A DNA stretch of 64,000 bases. Origin: a bacterium (GTDB taxonomy: Bacteria > Armatimonadota > Chthonomonadetes > Chthonomonadales > CAJBBX01). Of this stretch, positions 20,688-29,609 are shown piece after piece. The notes under the pieces are model-generated. The model had not been told where the DNA came from and made no database searches. It worked only from the letters and a program-made list of their open reading frames with translations. Made by a program: the position numbers and the translations under genes. Every line of letters starts with the position of its first letter. The stretch's first letter is position 1. Where the stretch lies: NCBI GenBank assembly GCA_021811565.1, contig JAJZOL010000206.1:9105-73104 (forward strand), in the 5' to 3' direction.

Positions 20688-22148
20688 TTACGTCTGTTTG
20701 GAGAGAGATATCTCCTGAATGAACTTATCCGATGCGGCATCGTTTATGGTGATATTGAACAGATTCGATATATTCTCTCTCTTGAATGTTTCCCTTACAG
20801 TTCTGCCGTACGCAAGCGAAACCCGTATTCCTTCGGTACTAAGCCGACGAACGAGATCGTTAAGCGCCTTGATCGCTGCGCAATCTAAATAGGTGACAGG
20901 CGTTAGGTCGATTTGCACCGACTCCATGCCATATTTCACGTTGTTGTAAACATCCTCGATTTGTGTGAGATGACTTCCGTCCATGCTTCCCATCATTCTT
21001 ACGTTTAATGAATTATCGGTTTTTTGAAGAAGAATTTCAAAGGATTCTGACAAATGACCATTGAAGGCATCGGTAAACGTGTTGTATTCCGGAAGAATAT
21101 CGAGTACACCGGATATTTGCAATGCATGTCTGACTCTGTCCGAGATGCCAATCAACCGGATATCCCTTGAGACATATCTCGCTCGTTTCGCCAAATTAAT
21201 CAACGTCCCAAGAAAAGCGCTGTCGATATCCGTTGTTGAAAGAAAATCCATGACCAGATGCTGATTGGATTTCAACGCCGCTTCAGCAAGGGTTTGAAAC
21301 TGCAAAAGAATGGATTCATTCATCGAACCCACAAGGGATAGGACTGTAATCGAGCCCATTTGGGATACGGCGATTCGAGACTCGATACTATTAGCCGAGC
21401 GTCTCATCACCCAGAGATGCAGCGTCATGAAATGTGTGAAGCTAAACAAATCATGCGCGTAGCGTTTCCAGAGCCTTCTTGGATCTGAGATCAGCCGATG
21501 CAACCATTCCAATCCGGAATTTCGCATCCATACAGGGGCGCGTGGCGTCGAACCAGCAATAAAATCAAATGTTCCGCCAACTCCTATGCATGCTGGCACC
21601 TTAAGACGGTGTCGATGCATATGAATCCATTTCTCCTGCTTGGGACAACCGAAAGCAACCAACAGGATATCCGGCGCAGCCGCTTCCAATCGTTCAAGAA
21701 TTGTTTGGCTGTCCATATCGATGATATGTGTGTTTGGAGGAGAGATGCATCCCACTATCTGCAAATGCGGATGTCGTTTTTCCAAAGCCTCCTTCGCCGC
21801 CAACGCTACCTCGGGACGGGCTCCAAGCATAAAGATGCGATAGCCTTTTTTCTCAGCCAACCCAGCTAATTGAGGAACTATATCCGCACCTGTTACTCGC
21901 TCCTTCAGCGAAGCGCCTAATAGTTTTGAAGCGAGAACTACCGGCATGCCATCGGGAGCTACCAGATCCGCTTCTCGAAGTATGGCTTTTAATTCAGGAT
22001 CCGAATATGCCTTGATGAGAAAATCGGTATTTGCGGTGGCGATTTGATGGAACCGACCCGTTTGGATGAATTCCTCAATTCTTTCCAAAGTCTGTTCGGT
22101 ATTCAGGTTGTCTATGGGAATTCCAAAAATCGCAACGGTGGAACGCAT
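20688..22148 (-). CDS. WecB/TagA/CpsF-family (GT26) glycosyltransferase fused to two C-terminal STAS domains
   Basis: aa 1-~245 are GT26-like (FGIPID...PDGMPVV...GARPEV...FGCPKQEKW). aa ~262-365 and ~375-470 are STAS-like (VMDFLSTTDIDSAFLGTLINL; QIDLTPVTYLDCAAIKALNDL). The start overlaps the upstream stop by 1 nt (TAATG). Confidence 0.7.
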   Translation of the reverse strand: MRSTVAIFGIPIDNLNTEQTLERIEEFIQTGRFHQIATANTDFLIKAYSDPELKAILREADLVAPDGMPVVLASKLLGASLKERVTGADIVPQLAGLAEKKGYRIFMLGARPEVALAAKEALEKRHPHLQIVGCISPPNTHIIDMDSQTILERLEAAAPDILLVAFGCPKQEKWIHMHRHRLKVPACIGVGGTFDFIAGSTPRAPVWMRNSGLEWLHRLISDPRRLWKRYAHDLFSFTHFMTLHLWVMRRSANSIESRIAVSQMGSITVLSLVGSMNESILLQFQTLAEAALKSNQHLVMDFLSTTDIDSAFLGTLINLAKRARYVSRDIRLIGISDRVRHALQISGVLDILPEYNTFTDAFNGHLSESFEILLQKTDNSLNVRMMGSMDGSHLTQIEDVYNNVKYGMESVQIDLTPVTYLDCAAIKALNDLVRRLSTEGIRVSLAYGRTVRETFKRENISNLFNITINDAASDKFIQEISLSKQT

Positions 22149-23407
22149 TATTTTTTCGCCATCGATCCAAAATCTTGCCTCTCGGTGCGGTTCCAGTTAC
22201 GAACACCGCCGGAAGCGATCATTCGCGCATATAGTCCGAATTTCCACAATATGTAAAAAGGCGCCTGGAAGAGCGAAAGGGCAGTGCGCAAAGGTGTTTT
22301 CGCTATGATCAAACCTGCAATGAGATAAACTATCTCAAGCAGAATTACGAATGAAATCCCAAATAATAACCAATTAATATTAGGGAGATGAAAACCAATG
22401 AGTTTTAGCCCTCCCATTATGGCCAATAAAACAATAGGAAGGGAAAAAAGCTCCGCGAAAGGGGGAATGAGGATATCCAGGGATCGATCCGCCAGAAGGA
22501 TGTTTTTAATGTAAACCGATTTAATGAATATAGGTAACGCGCGTTTCATTAAACCGTACCTGCCCCCTTCCCAACGCTCTCTTTGCGTTTCCGCCTGCTT
22601 GGAATCCACGGGCATCTGAGCCGAAACCGTGGCGGAGGGGCAATAGACAATACGAATTCTTCGCTCGTTCAGTCGTAAGGCGTAATCGATATCCTCCGTA
22701 ATGCTCTCGCCAGACCAAGGAACACTTTTCAGTATTTCACCGTGAAAGCACATCCCATTTCCCTTCAACCCATCTGAAAGTCCAATGTTGCGTCTGCCTA
22801 ATGGTTTTGCATGGTGCGCCAAGTCTAATGCGCAAGCCATAAGACGTGTGCGCCAACTGTCATTCGTGTTGAGCACAACATAACGTGCTTGGATAGCTCT
22901 TGCACCTTGATTTAGAAGACTGTTCATCTCGTTTAGGAAATTCTGCGACAAGATGGAATCCGCATCCAAAATCACATAGGCGTCAAGGGTGTCATCTCCT
23001 TCCGCTAATAGCGTATCCAACGCCCATGCCAACGCGTATCCTTTTCCTTTACGATTCTCATCAAATCTTTCCAGACAGCGGACATCGCATTGTTTGGCAA
23101 TGGATGCAGTGGCGTCAACACAATTATCGGCTATGACAACGATATCATAAAGATGATTATCATATTCCAATTCCTTCAGACGATGCAACACCTCACTCAA
23201 CAGCATCTCTTCGTTATGTGCCGGGATGATCAAATGGAAACGATGGGTGTTTGAGATATTCGCAATACTGCGTTGAGGTAGAGTTGCGCACAATACCAGA
23301 AAAAGCTGATATAAGACGAATATCAACCAAATCGCTATAATGGCTGCGAAGAGGGATGTTAAAATCGTTTTGAATACGATATTCAGGAAAAATATCGTTG
23401 CAGCCAT
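22148..23407 (-). CDS. Membrane-embedded processive GT2 synthase-type glycosyltransferase (QxxRW class)
   Basis: N-terminal TM, IIPAHNEE, IADNCVDAT, ILDADS, GNGMCF, QRERW, and C-terminal TM helices. Confidence 0.75.
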   Translation of the reverse strand: MAATIFFLNIVFKTILTSLFAAIIAIWLIFVLYQLFLVLCATLPQRSIANISNTHRFHLIIPAHNEEMLLSEVLHRLKELEYDNHLYDIVVIADNCVDATASIAKQCDVRCLERFDENRKGKGYALAWALDTLLAEGDDTLDAYVILDADSILSQNFLNEMNSLLNQGARAIQARYVVLNTNDSWRTRLMACALDLAHHAKPLGRRNIGLSDGLKGNGMCFHGEILKSVPWSGESITEDIDYALRLNERRIRIVYCPSATVSAQMPVDSKQAETQRERWEGGRYGLMKRALPIFIKSVYIKNILLADRSLDILIPPFAELFSLPIVLLAIMGGLKLIGFHLPNINWLLFGISFVILLEIVYLIAGLIIAKTPLRTALSLFQAPFYILWKFGLYARMIASGGVRNWNRTERQDFGSMAKK

Positions 23408-24108
23408 TTTGGCATCGCCGTTTCAACACCATTCAACACCACACCGAGTACCTTGTCCGAACCAATCGTTTCAATGGCACGATTGACGATTTCCCTAGGC
23501 GTCACTCCTGATCGTACCACCATGACCACCCCATCCAACAAGCGTGCCATTACTTTCGTATCTGCGACAGGAAGGACGGGAGCCATATCGACTACGATAA
23601 AGTCACTGCTCATCTTCAGCGCATCGATAACCTCCGGCAGACGAGACGATCTCATCAAGCGCGAGGGATTCGCTGCGGCTCTTCCCGCTGGAATGAAGGA
23701 AAGGTTATCCAAGTCTGTTTTGTGAAGAATGTTGGTGATGTCATCCTCGGCACCCTCCAATATGTCGACCAATCCCTTCACCGACTCAAGATTGAGACGT
23801 GTTTGCATATCCCAATTTCGCAAATTGAAGTCAATCAGGGTTACCCGAGCTTCGGAGTTTTGCGCCATGGTTCCTGCCAAGTTTAGTGCGACAGTGGTTT
23901 TACCCTCCCCGTAAACGGCGGAAGTGACGCCCACCACAAAACATCGAGACGGACTTGCAGCTCGTTCGATATCCGCATGAAGGCGGGCGTATTCCTCCGG
24001 AATGAGTGAGAGTCCGTCCGTGCCCGATAGCCCGTTATGGTTTTGGTTTGCGCCATTCGGTGCGAATTGTACCAAGTGTTCCGATTTGCTGACGTTGGAT
24101 TCATTCAT
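23383..24108 (-). CDS. BY-kinase-like P-loop ATPase (CpsD/CapB / PEP-CTERM-locus tyrosine autokinase-like)
   Basis: Walker A GVTSAVYGEGKTT, Walker A' LIDFNLRN, Walker B FIVVDMAPV. There is no C-terminal tyrosine cluster. Confidence 0.7.
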   Translation of the reverse strand: MNESNVSKSEHLVQFAPNGANQNHNGLSGTDGLSLIPEEYARLHADIERAASPSRCFVVGVTSAVYGEGKTTVALNLAGTMAQNSEARVTLIDFNLRNWDMQTRLNLESVKGLVDILEGAEDDITNILHKTDLDNLSFIPAGRAAANPSRLMRSSRLPEVIDALKMSSDFIVVDMAPVLPVADTKVMARLLDGVVMVVRSGVTPREIVNRAIETIGSDKVLGVVLNGVETAMPKWLQRYFS

Positions 24109-24175
24109 AATATGTATTATGACCCTTCTCCTAGACTTTCATCAGGATAAATCATGATGATAAGCTTCTCTTCTT

Positions 24176-25705
24176 TCAGGAGGGAAGCTGTTGATTGGAT
24201 GCACCTCCGATCCGCTTGATGGACTCTTTTGATTCCTGTATTTTCGGTATGACCGCAAGCACAGGCTTTCCGAGATAACTCTCGACTTCTACGGGTGTGC
24301 GTAAAGAATGATCCATCGCCTCCAAGGCTAGTGAGAAGCAAAAGCCCACTAGGAGTCCAATAATTGGACCCAAGATATAGAGCAATATCTTTTTGCTTTT
24401 GGAATCCACCGCCGTGGCGTCGGGTTTCACGATGAGATTAACGGATTGTGATGAAGTGATGCGGTCGCGTTCCTCGTCTATTTGGGCGGCTTTCAATTCC
24501 GCCTGGGTGTTGTTTCGGATATTGTTCGCCAGCATGTAATCACGTTCAATCTTATCATAAGCGACCTCCTCAACCGGCATCTGTTTCACTCTGTCTTCAT
24601 GTACTACGATCTGATTGTTCAAATCCGCCAATCGCTGCCGTTCAGCCATCATCTGGATATTCAACGTACTTTTTTGCTGCTGAAGATCGCTCCAGACCGG
24701 GTTGATGGTGTTTTGAGTGGTGTTGGAAACCTCCGTTGCGCGAGCGGGTTTCTGTCTCGCCTCCTTGATCTGCTGATCAATGGCGGCGATGTTCTTAAGC
24801 ATTGCTTGAACTTTGGGGTGCAACGGACTGTATATGTTTTCAAGTTGCTTTAGCTGAATTTCCAAATCCTGCTTTTGCGCCACGAGAGCCAGCGCGGGAT
24901 CCGTTTGATGCGATGTTACGGATGTGCTCTCCACGATGTTGCGAGGGGTTTGCGCCAATTGGCGATTGATATCCTGAAGCCGTACTTGGGTTTCGGATAT
25001 GTCCACGTTTAAGGATGCGATTTGGCGTTGCGTGTCATCAAGGCTGGTCATTTCGCTCGTTAGCAATGTGGGCATTTGCCAATAGTGATCGCGCAAATAT
25101 TCCATCCGCAACTCCGCTTTTTTGTTGGCGGATGCGTTAAAGCGTTTATATTCCTCCTCCAACACCTGGCGCTTATCAGTGATCGCCATTGTTTCGGTGG
25201 CCACGGTGCGGTCGGCGAAGCGGCTATACAGAGCCTGCATGATGGCGTTAGCTTCTTGTTGGTTATCCCAAATGATGGAAACCTTCATGTATTGATCATT
25301 CAGGAGGGTTGGAGGAGTGATCGCTGCCCGTACCTCTTTGACGAGTGTGTCCATAGGAACGTTGGGGTGATCGCGGTCTAAGTTGGCGTTCCGTATCACC
25401 TCTTGGAGAAAATCGGGGGTCTCCTCGACCCAGAGGGAGAGTCGATTCGCCTTGCGTTTCACGTTGTCCTGGAGTTGAACCTCCTGTTTGGGGTTAGTGA
25501 GGTCTTGACTTAATTCCGGGTTGCCTGTGAGGGCGACTATGATGGATGCCTCGTATTTATTGGCGCGCAGAGCCACGATCAAACTAGTAAGAACTGTTCC
25601 AAGAACAATGGAAACGATGAACAATCTCTTACATCGAAAGATCAGTTCGACATAATTGTGCAAGGGAGAGGAGCCATAAAGACGCATAATTGAATATACC
25701 TCCAA
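24176..25705 (-). CDS. Polysaccharide chain-length determinant (Wzz/GumC-like, long coiled-coil)
   Basis: An N-terminal TM helix, ~350 aa of coiled-coil-like sequence, and a C-terminal TM helix (ILLYILGPIIGLLVGFCFSLAL). GGAGG precedes the ATG. Confidence 0.7.
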   Translation of the reverse strand: MEVYSIMRLYGSSPLHNYVELIFRCKRLFIVSIVLGTVLTSLIVALRANKYEASIIVALTGNPELSQDLTNPKQEVQLQDNVKRKANRLSLWVEETPDFLQEVIRNANLDRDHPNVPMDTLVKEVRAAITPPTLLNDQYMKVSIIWDNQQEANAIMQALYSRFADRTVATETMAITDKRQVLEEEYKRFNASANKKAELRMEYLRDHYWQMPTLLTSEMTSLDDTQRQIASLNVDISETQVRLQDINRQLAQTPRNIVESTSVTSHQTDPALALVAQKQDLEIQLKQLENIYSPLHPKVQAMLKNIAAIDQQIKEARQKPARATEVSNTTQNTINPVWSDLQQQKSTLNIQMMAERQRLADLNNQIVVHEDRVKQMPVEEVAYDKIERDYMLANNIRNNTQAELKAAQIDEERDRITSSQSVNLIVKPDATAVDSKSKKILLYILGPIIGLLVGFCFSLALEAMDHSLRTPVEVESYLGKPVLAVIPKIQESKESIKRIGGASNQQLPS

Positions 25706-26131
25706 CGGGGCGCTGCCATGCGAAGAAAGAGTTAAGCATGCTGTGGTTCAGCAGGGCGTATCTTACATCAAGGCAGAAACCCGCTCACTTGAATGCGAAG
25801 CCACCCTAGACAATAGGATGGGTATAGTTAATTTCCTTTGCATACAGTATACCAAGTATTATCGAATAACATGCGGATTTTCAGATAACAAAAAACGGTA
25901 TGTATAAGTAAACGAATGGAAATATCCATTCATTCTTTATCTTTTTGGATTGGCGTGAAAATAAACGCATGCTTTGAGATGCAATAGCATTGATACGATC
26001 CTTCGGTGAGATGTGTTCCAGCCGGAATAAAAAACGGATGGAGGTTTGAAGCGCACATTCCTGAGATGGTATCCTTTCTATCTGTATGATGCATCCCGAT
26101 GATGTATCTTTCCATATTATGGGTGTAATTC

Positions 26132-26629
26132 ATGAAGACTGGAATCGAATCGATCAAGGACTGGGAAATATTACGTCCCTCATTTCACAAAGATATCTAT
26201 TCTGCCTCCCCCTATCAAGCATGGGCGGTAATTGTTTTCGCGAAATTGGGGAGTGAATATATACTGGCGAATATTCCCCGTAGAGGGTGGACAGTGCCAA
26301 GCGGAAGAATAGAGGCTGGCGAAACGCCTGTTGATACGGCGGTGCGCGAAACGTGGGAGGAAATTGGGGCTCGTATTCGTCCGGAGGATCTGCGTTACAT
26401 GGGGTATTACCTTGTGCGAGAGGAATCCGGAGGTTACGCGACGGTTCCAACCTATTTTGTCAAATTGACGAATTACGGGGATGTTCCAGTGGGAAGCGAA
26501 TCTTTGGGGACCATCCAGTGTCCACTCGAAAATGTTCGGATGCTCTACTGGATGTGGGACGCACTCATCGAGAGTGTATTCGCCATAGCCGAAGAGTATG
26601 CGAAAAATGTGGGTATCGTAGACTGTTAA
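26132..26629 (+). CDS. NUDIX hydrolase
   Basis: Nudix box GRIEAGETPVDTAVRETWEEIGA. Confidence 0.85.
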   Translation: MKTGIESIKDWEILRPSFHKDIYSASPYQAWAVIVFAKLGSEYILANIPRRGWTVPSGRIEAGETPVDTAVRETWEEIGARIRPEDLRYMGYYLVREESGGYATVPTYFVKLTNYGDVPVGSESLGTIQCPLENVRMLYWMWDALIESVFAIAEEYAKNVGIVDC

Positions 26630-26747
26630 TAGCCCGAGCGTGTGCGTGAATGAACCGTTTTCCGCTTTTTACTACATATCCTCCATGATTTATGGCGGTG
26701 TATCCTTCTTATTTGCTTGAGCGGATATAGGGTTAGGAAAAATCACA

Positions 26748-28916
26748 ATGAGTAAGCAGAGAACCGAACTTAACATTAGAGGAATGACTTGCGCCTCTTG
26801 CGTGGCGCGAGTTGAAAATGCTTTGAAGAGAGTTCCCGGGGTGACTGACGCCAATGTAAACCTCGCCACGGAACGAGCGACGGTGCAGTATGATCCCTCA
26901 ACGGCGGATTTATCCAGTTTGATCGATGCTGTGGATATCGCAGGCTATGATGCGAGCGAATTCAAGGAGGAGGAGTTCGCTCAAACCGAATTGGAAACAA
27001 AACGTCGGATGGATGATTTCAAAAAACGATTGCAAATTTCAGTGATTCTGTCCATTCCGATTGTGGTTATAAATATGTTTTGGATGCCACGACCTTCCGA
27101 AGTAAATATTCTTCTCCTGCTTCTATCTATTCCTGTGCAGTTCTGGGCGGGAGCGACTTTTTACAGAGGCGCTTGGAAAACATTACGACATGGCTCTGCG
27201 GATATGAACACTCTCGTGGCTTTGGGATCCAGCGCCGCGTTCTTTTACAGTCTTGTGAATATTCTTCGTGGTGTGAATGAGGTTTGGTTCGAATCCTCCG
27301 CAAGCATCATTACGCTTATTCTCGTTGGTAAATATCTGGAAGCGGGAGCTAGATCCAGAGCTTCGGATGCGATAAGAAAGTTAATGAAGCTCGCCCCGGA
27401 TAAGGCATTGGTGCGTAGAGAAGGTATTGAAACGGAGATTGAAACCAAGGATATTCGAATTGGTGATGAAGTAATTGCGCGTCCGGGAGAGAGAATTGCA
27501 ACTGACGGACAGATTATCGAGGGGCTGACATCGATTGATGAAAGTATGCTCACAGGGGAGAGCATGCCTGTAAGAAGAAAGCCGGGTGATCCGGTTTATG
27601 GCGCCACTATCAATCAGACGGGTTCTATTATTTATCGCGCCACTCATCTTGGGAACGAAACGGTGCTCGCTCAAATTGTGCAAATGGTGGAGCGAGCACA
27701 GGGGTCGAAGGCTCCCGTGCAACGCTTGGCGGATAAGGTGGCCTCTGTTTTTGTTCCTGTGGTGTTGGCGGTTGCCGTCCTTACGTTTGTTATTTGGAAA
27801 TACATTTTAGGCGTGGATCTCACAAATGCCATGATGCCGACCATATCCACTTTGGTGATCGCCTGTCCCTGCGCAATGGGATTAGCTACACCCACCGCTA
27901 TCATGGCGGGAACGGGGCGCGGTGCGGAAATGGGCATTTTGATTAAAGACGGTGCGGTACTGGAACGGGCGGGGAGAATCGATACGATCCTGTTCGATAA
28001 GACCGGTACGATCACCAAAGGAGAGCCATCCATTACTGACGTTTACACGATGCCGCATGTGAATGAGGATGACCTCATGAGATACGCCGGATCGGTTGAG
28101 AAGCAATCCGAGCATCCACTGAGTCGGGCTTTGATCCGAGAGGTTGAGGCGCGTAAACTGATTTTACTACCGTCTGAGGATATCCAAGCGCACATAGGCA
28201 TGGGCATTCGAGGGCGCGTGTCTGGCGAGATGGTATTGGTCGGCAGCGAAGAGATGTTGAAGGAAGCCAATGTTTCCATTTCCGACCCTTTGTTGGAGCG
28301 CAAGCGAAAGTGGGAGGAGCAGGGCAAAACGATCTTGTTTGTGTCGAGGAATGATGCGTGCATTGGCGTATTGGCGGTGGCGGATACGATTGATCCAAAT
28401 AGCTCTGTGGCGATAGAGAGCTTGAAAAGAATGGGATTGAATGTTGTAATGGCAACTGGTGATAATAGAATTACCGCAGAGGCGATAGCCCAAAAGGCGG
28501 GTATTACGGAAGTTGCCGCGAAAGTTTTACCGAGTGATAAGGCGAAATTGGTTGAGAAGTATCAATCCGCCGGGCATGCAATTGCCATGGTGGGGGATGG
28601 AATCAACGATGCACCGGCTCTGGCGCAATCCGATCTTGGCATTGCGATTGGATCTGGGACGGATATCGCCATAGAGACTGCGGATATCACATTGCTTCGT
28701 TCGGATTTACGAGGTGTTCCGTCCGCAGTGAAACTCTCACGGGCAACTCTACGCACAGTGAAAATGAATCTGTTCTGGGCGTTCATCTACAACGTGATAG
28801 GGATTCCCCTTGCCGCGACGGGCAGGTTGAATCCCATGATAGCCGCCGCCGCCATGGCTTTCTCATCCGTATCGGTTGTGACGAATTCTCTGAGATTAAA
28901 AAAATTCCGTGAATAA
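26748..28916 (+). CDS. copA: Copper-translocating P1B-type ATPase
   Basis: HMA domain [11 protein letters not shown] motif ([11 protein letters not shown]), [15 protein letters not shown]. Confidence 0.95.
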   Translation: MSKQRTELNIRGMTCASCVARVENALKRVPGVTDANVNLATERATVQYDPSTADLSSLIDAVDIAGYDASEFKEEEFAQTELETKRRMDDFKKRLQISVILSIPIVVINMFWMPRPSEVNILLLLLSIPVQFWAGATFYRGAWKTLRHGSADMNTLVALGSSAAFFYSLVNILRGVNEVWFESSASIITLILVGKYLEAGARSRASDAIRKLMKLAPDKALVRREGIETEIETKDIRIGDEVIARPGERIATDGQIIEGLTSIDESMLTGESMPVRRKPGDPVYGATINQTGSIIYRATHLGNETVLAQIVQMVERAQGSKAPVQRLADKVASVFVPVVLAVAVLTFVIWKYILGVDLTNAMMPTISTLVIACPCAMGLATPTAIMAGTGRGAEMGILIKDGAVLERAGRIDTILFDKTGTITKGEPSITDVYTMPHVNEDDLMRYAGSVEKQSEHPLSRALIREVEARKLILLPSEDIQAHIGMGIRGRVSGEMVLVGSEEMLKEANVSISDPLLERKRKWEEQGKTILFVSRNDACIGVLAVADTIDPNSSVAIESLKRMGLNVVMATGDNRITAEAIAQKAGITEVAAKVLPSDKAKLVEKYQSAGHAIAMVGDGINDAPALAQSDLGIAIGSGTDIAIETADITLLRSDLRGVPSAVKLSRATLRTVKMNLFWAFIYNVIGIPLAATGRLNPMIAAAAMAFSSVSVVTNSLRLKKFRE

Positions 28917-28923
28917 TCAATAT

Positions 28924-28958
28924 AAGGGACGCTCTCTTCTCTTTAGTAAGCGTCCCTT
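28924..28958. terminator. Hairpin with a 10-bp perfect stem between the convergent copA and divIVA genes (possible bidirectional terminator)
   Basis: AAGGGACGCT (28924-28933), a 15-nt loop, AGCGTCCCTT (28949-28958). No clear U-tract on either side. Confidence 0.4.
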
Positions 28959-28996
28959 GAAATATGCATACATCATGAGGTGGTTCAAAAGAGCAT

Positions 28997-29578
28997 TCAC
29001 GCAGCTTGGGTGATGGAATCCACATCCGATGCGATGGCGGAAATTCCAAATTCCGGCAATTCCGAATTACTGTCAGGCAGAAGCGCCATTTGAGCCTCCA
29101 ATGTTTTGCGGATTCTATTGGCGGTGATCATGAAACTGTCACATAGTTGACGATATTTCTCTTCTTGTTCGTCGCATTTCGCTTTCGCTTGCAACACCAT
29201 CTCCTCCGCTTTTCTTTCAACGTCGGCAAGCATTGAGCCCGCCTCGGATTGCGCCGCTGATCGGACCTGCTCCGCATCTTGTTCGGCGCGCTTTCGAATG
29301 CTATCCATTTCCGATTCCATGGATAGGCGTTGTTGCTGCAAAGCCACCATTGCGTTGGCTATGGCGCTTTCCTTGGACTTGTAATCATCCAATTGTTTGC
29401 GAGTATCATTTAATTCGCTTTGTATTTTTTCGCATGCCTGATCCCTTTTGTTCAATTCCTCTTGCAATGCGGATAATCTATTCCCCATGTCTTTGACAAA
29501 TTCATCGACCGAGGCGGTTGAGTATCCTCGCACCGTGCGAGGAAATTCCACAGACAAAAGATTTTGGTCTTGATTCAT
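28997..29578 (-). CDS. DivIVA domain protein
   Basis: N-terminal FPRTVRGYSTASVDEFV motif followed by a long coiled coil. GGGAG precedes the ATG. Confidence 0.8.
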   Translation of the reverse strand: MNQDQNLLSVEFPRTVRGYSTASVDEFVKDMGNRLSALQEELNKRDQACEKIQSELNDTRKQLDDYKSKESAIANAMVALQQQRLSMESEMDSIRKRAEQDAEQVRSAAQSEAGSMLADVERKAEEMVLQAKAKCDEQEEKYRQLCDSFMITANRIRKTLEAQMALLPDSNSELPEFGISAIASDVDSITQAA

Positions 29579-29609
29579 TTCATGCTCCCTTCATGACTGT
29601 TTTAGAGGA

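Noticed and set aside
25745-25830. Possible c-di-GMP-I (GEMM-I)-like riboswitch fragments (GGCAGAAACC...GCGAAGCCACCC) in the long intergenic region upstream of the EPS operon
   Set aside because: The resemblance is limited to two short strings. I could not draw the P1/P2 helices or the tetraloop-receptor features. The orientation is plus-strand, so it would not sit in the 5' leader of the minus-strand EPS operon. An Infernal scan against Rfam would settle it.
25930-26157. 75-aa minus-strand ORF in the wzz/NUDIX intergenic region
   Set aside because: It overlaps the NUDIX start, has no ribosome-binding site or motifs, and looks like a chance ORF in AT-rich sequence.
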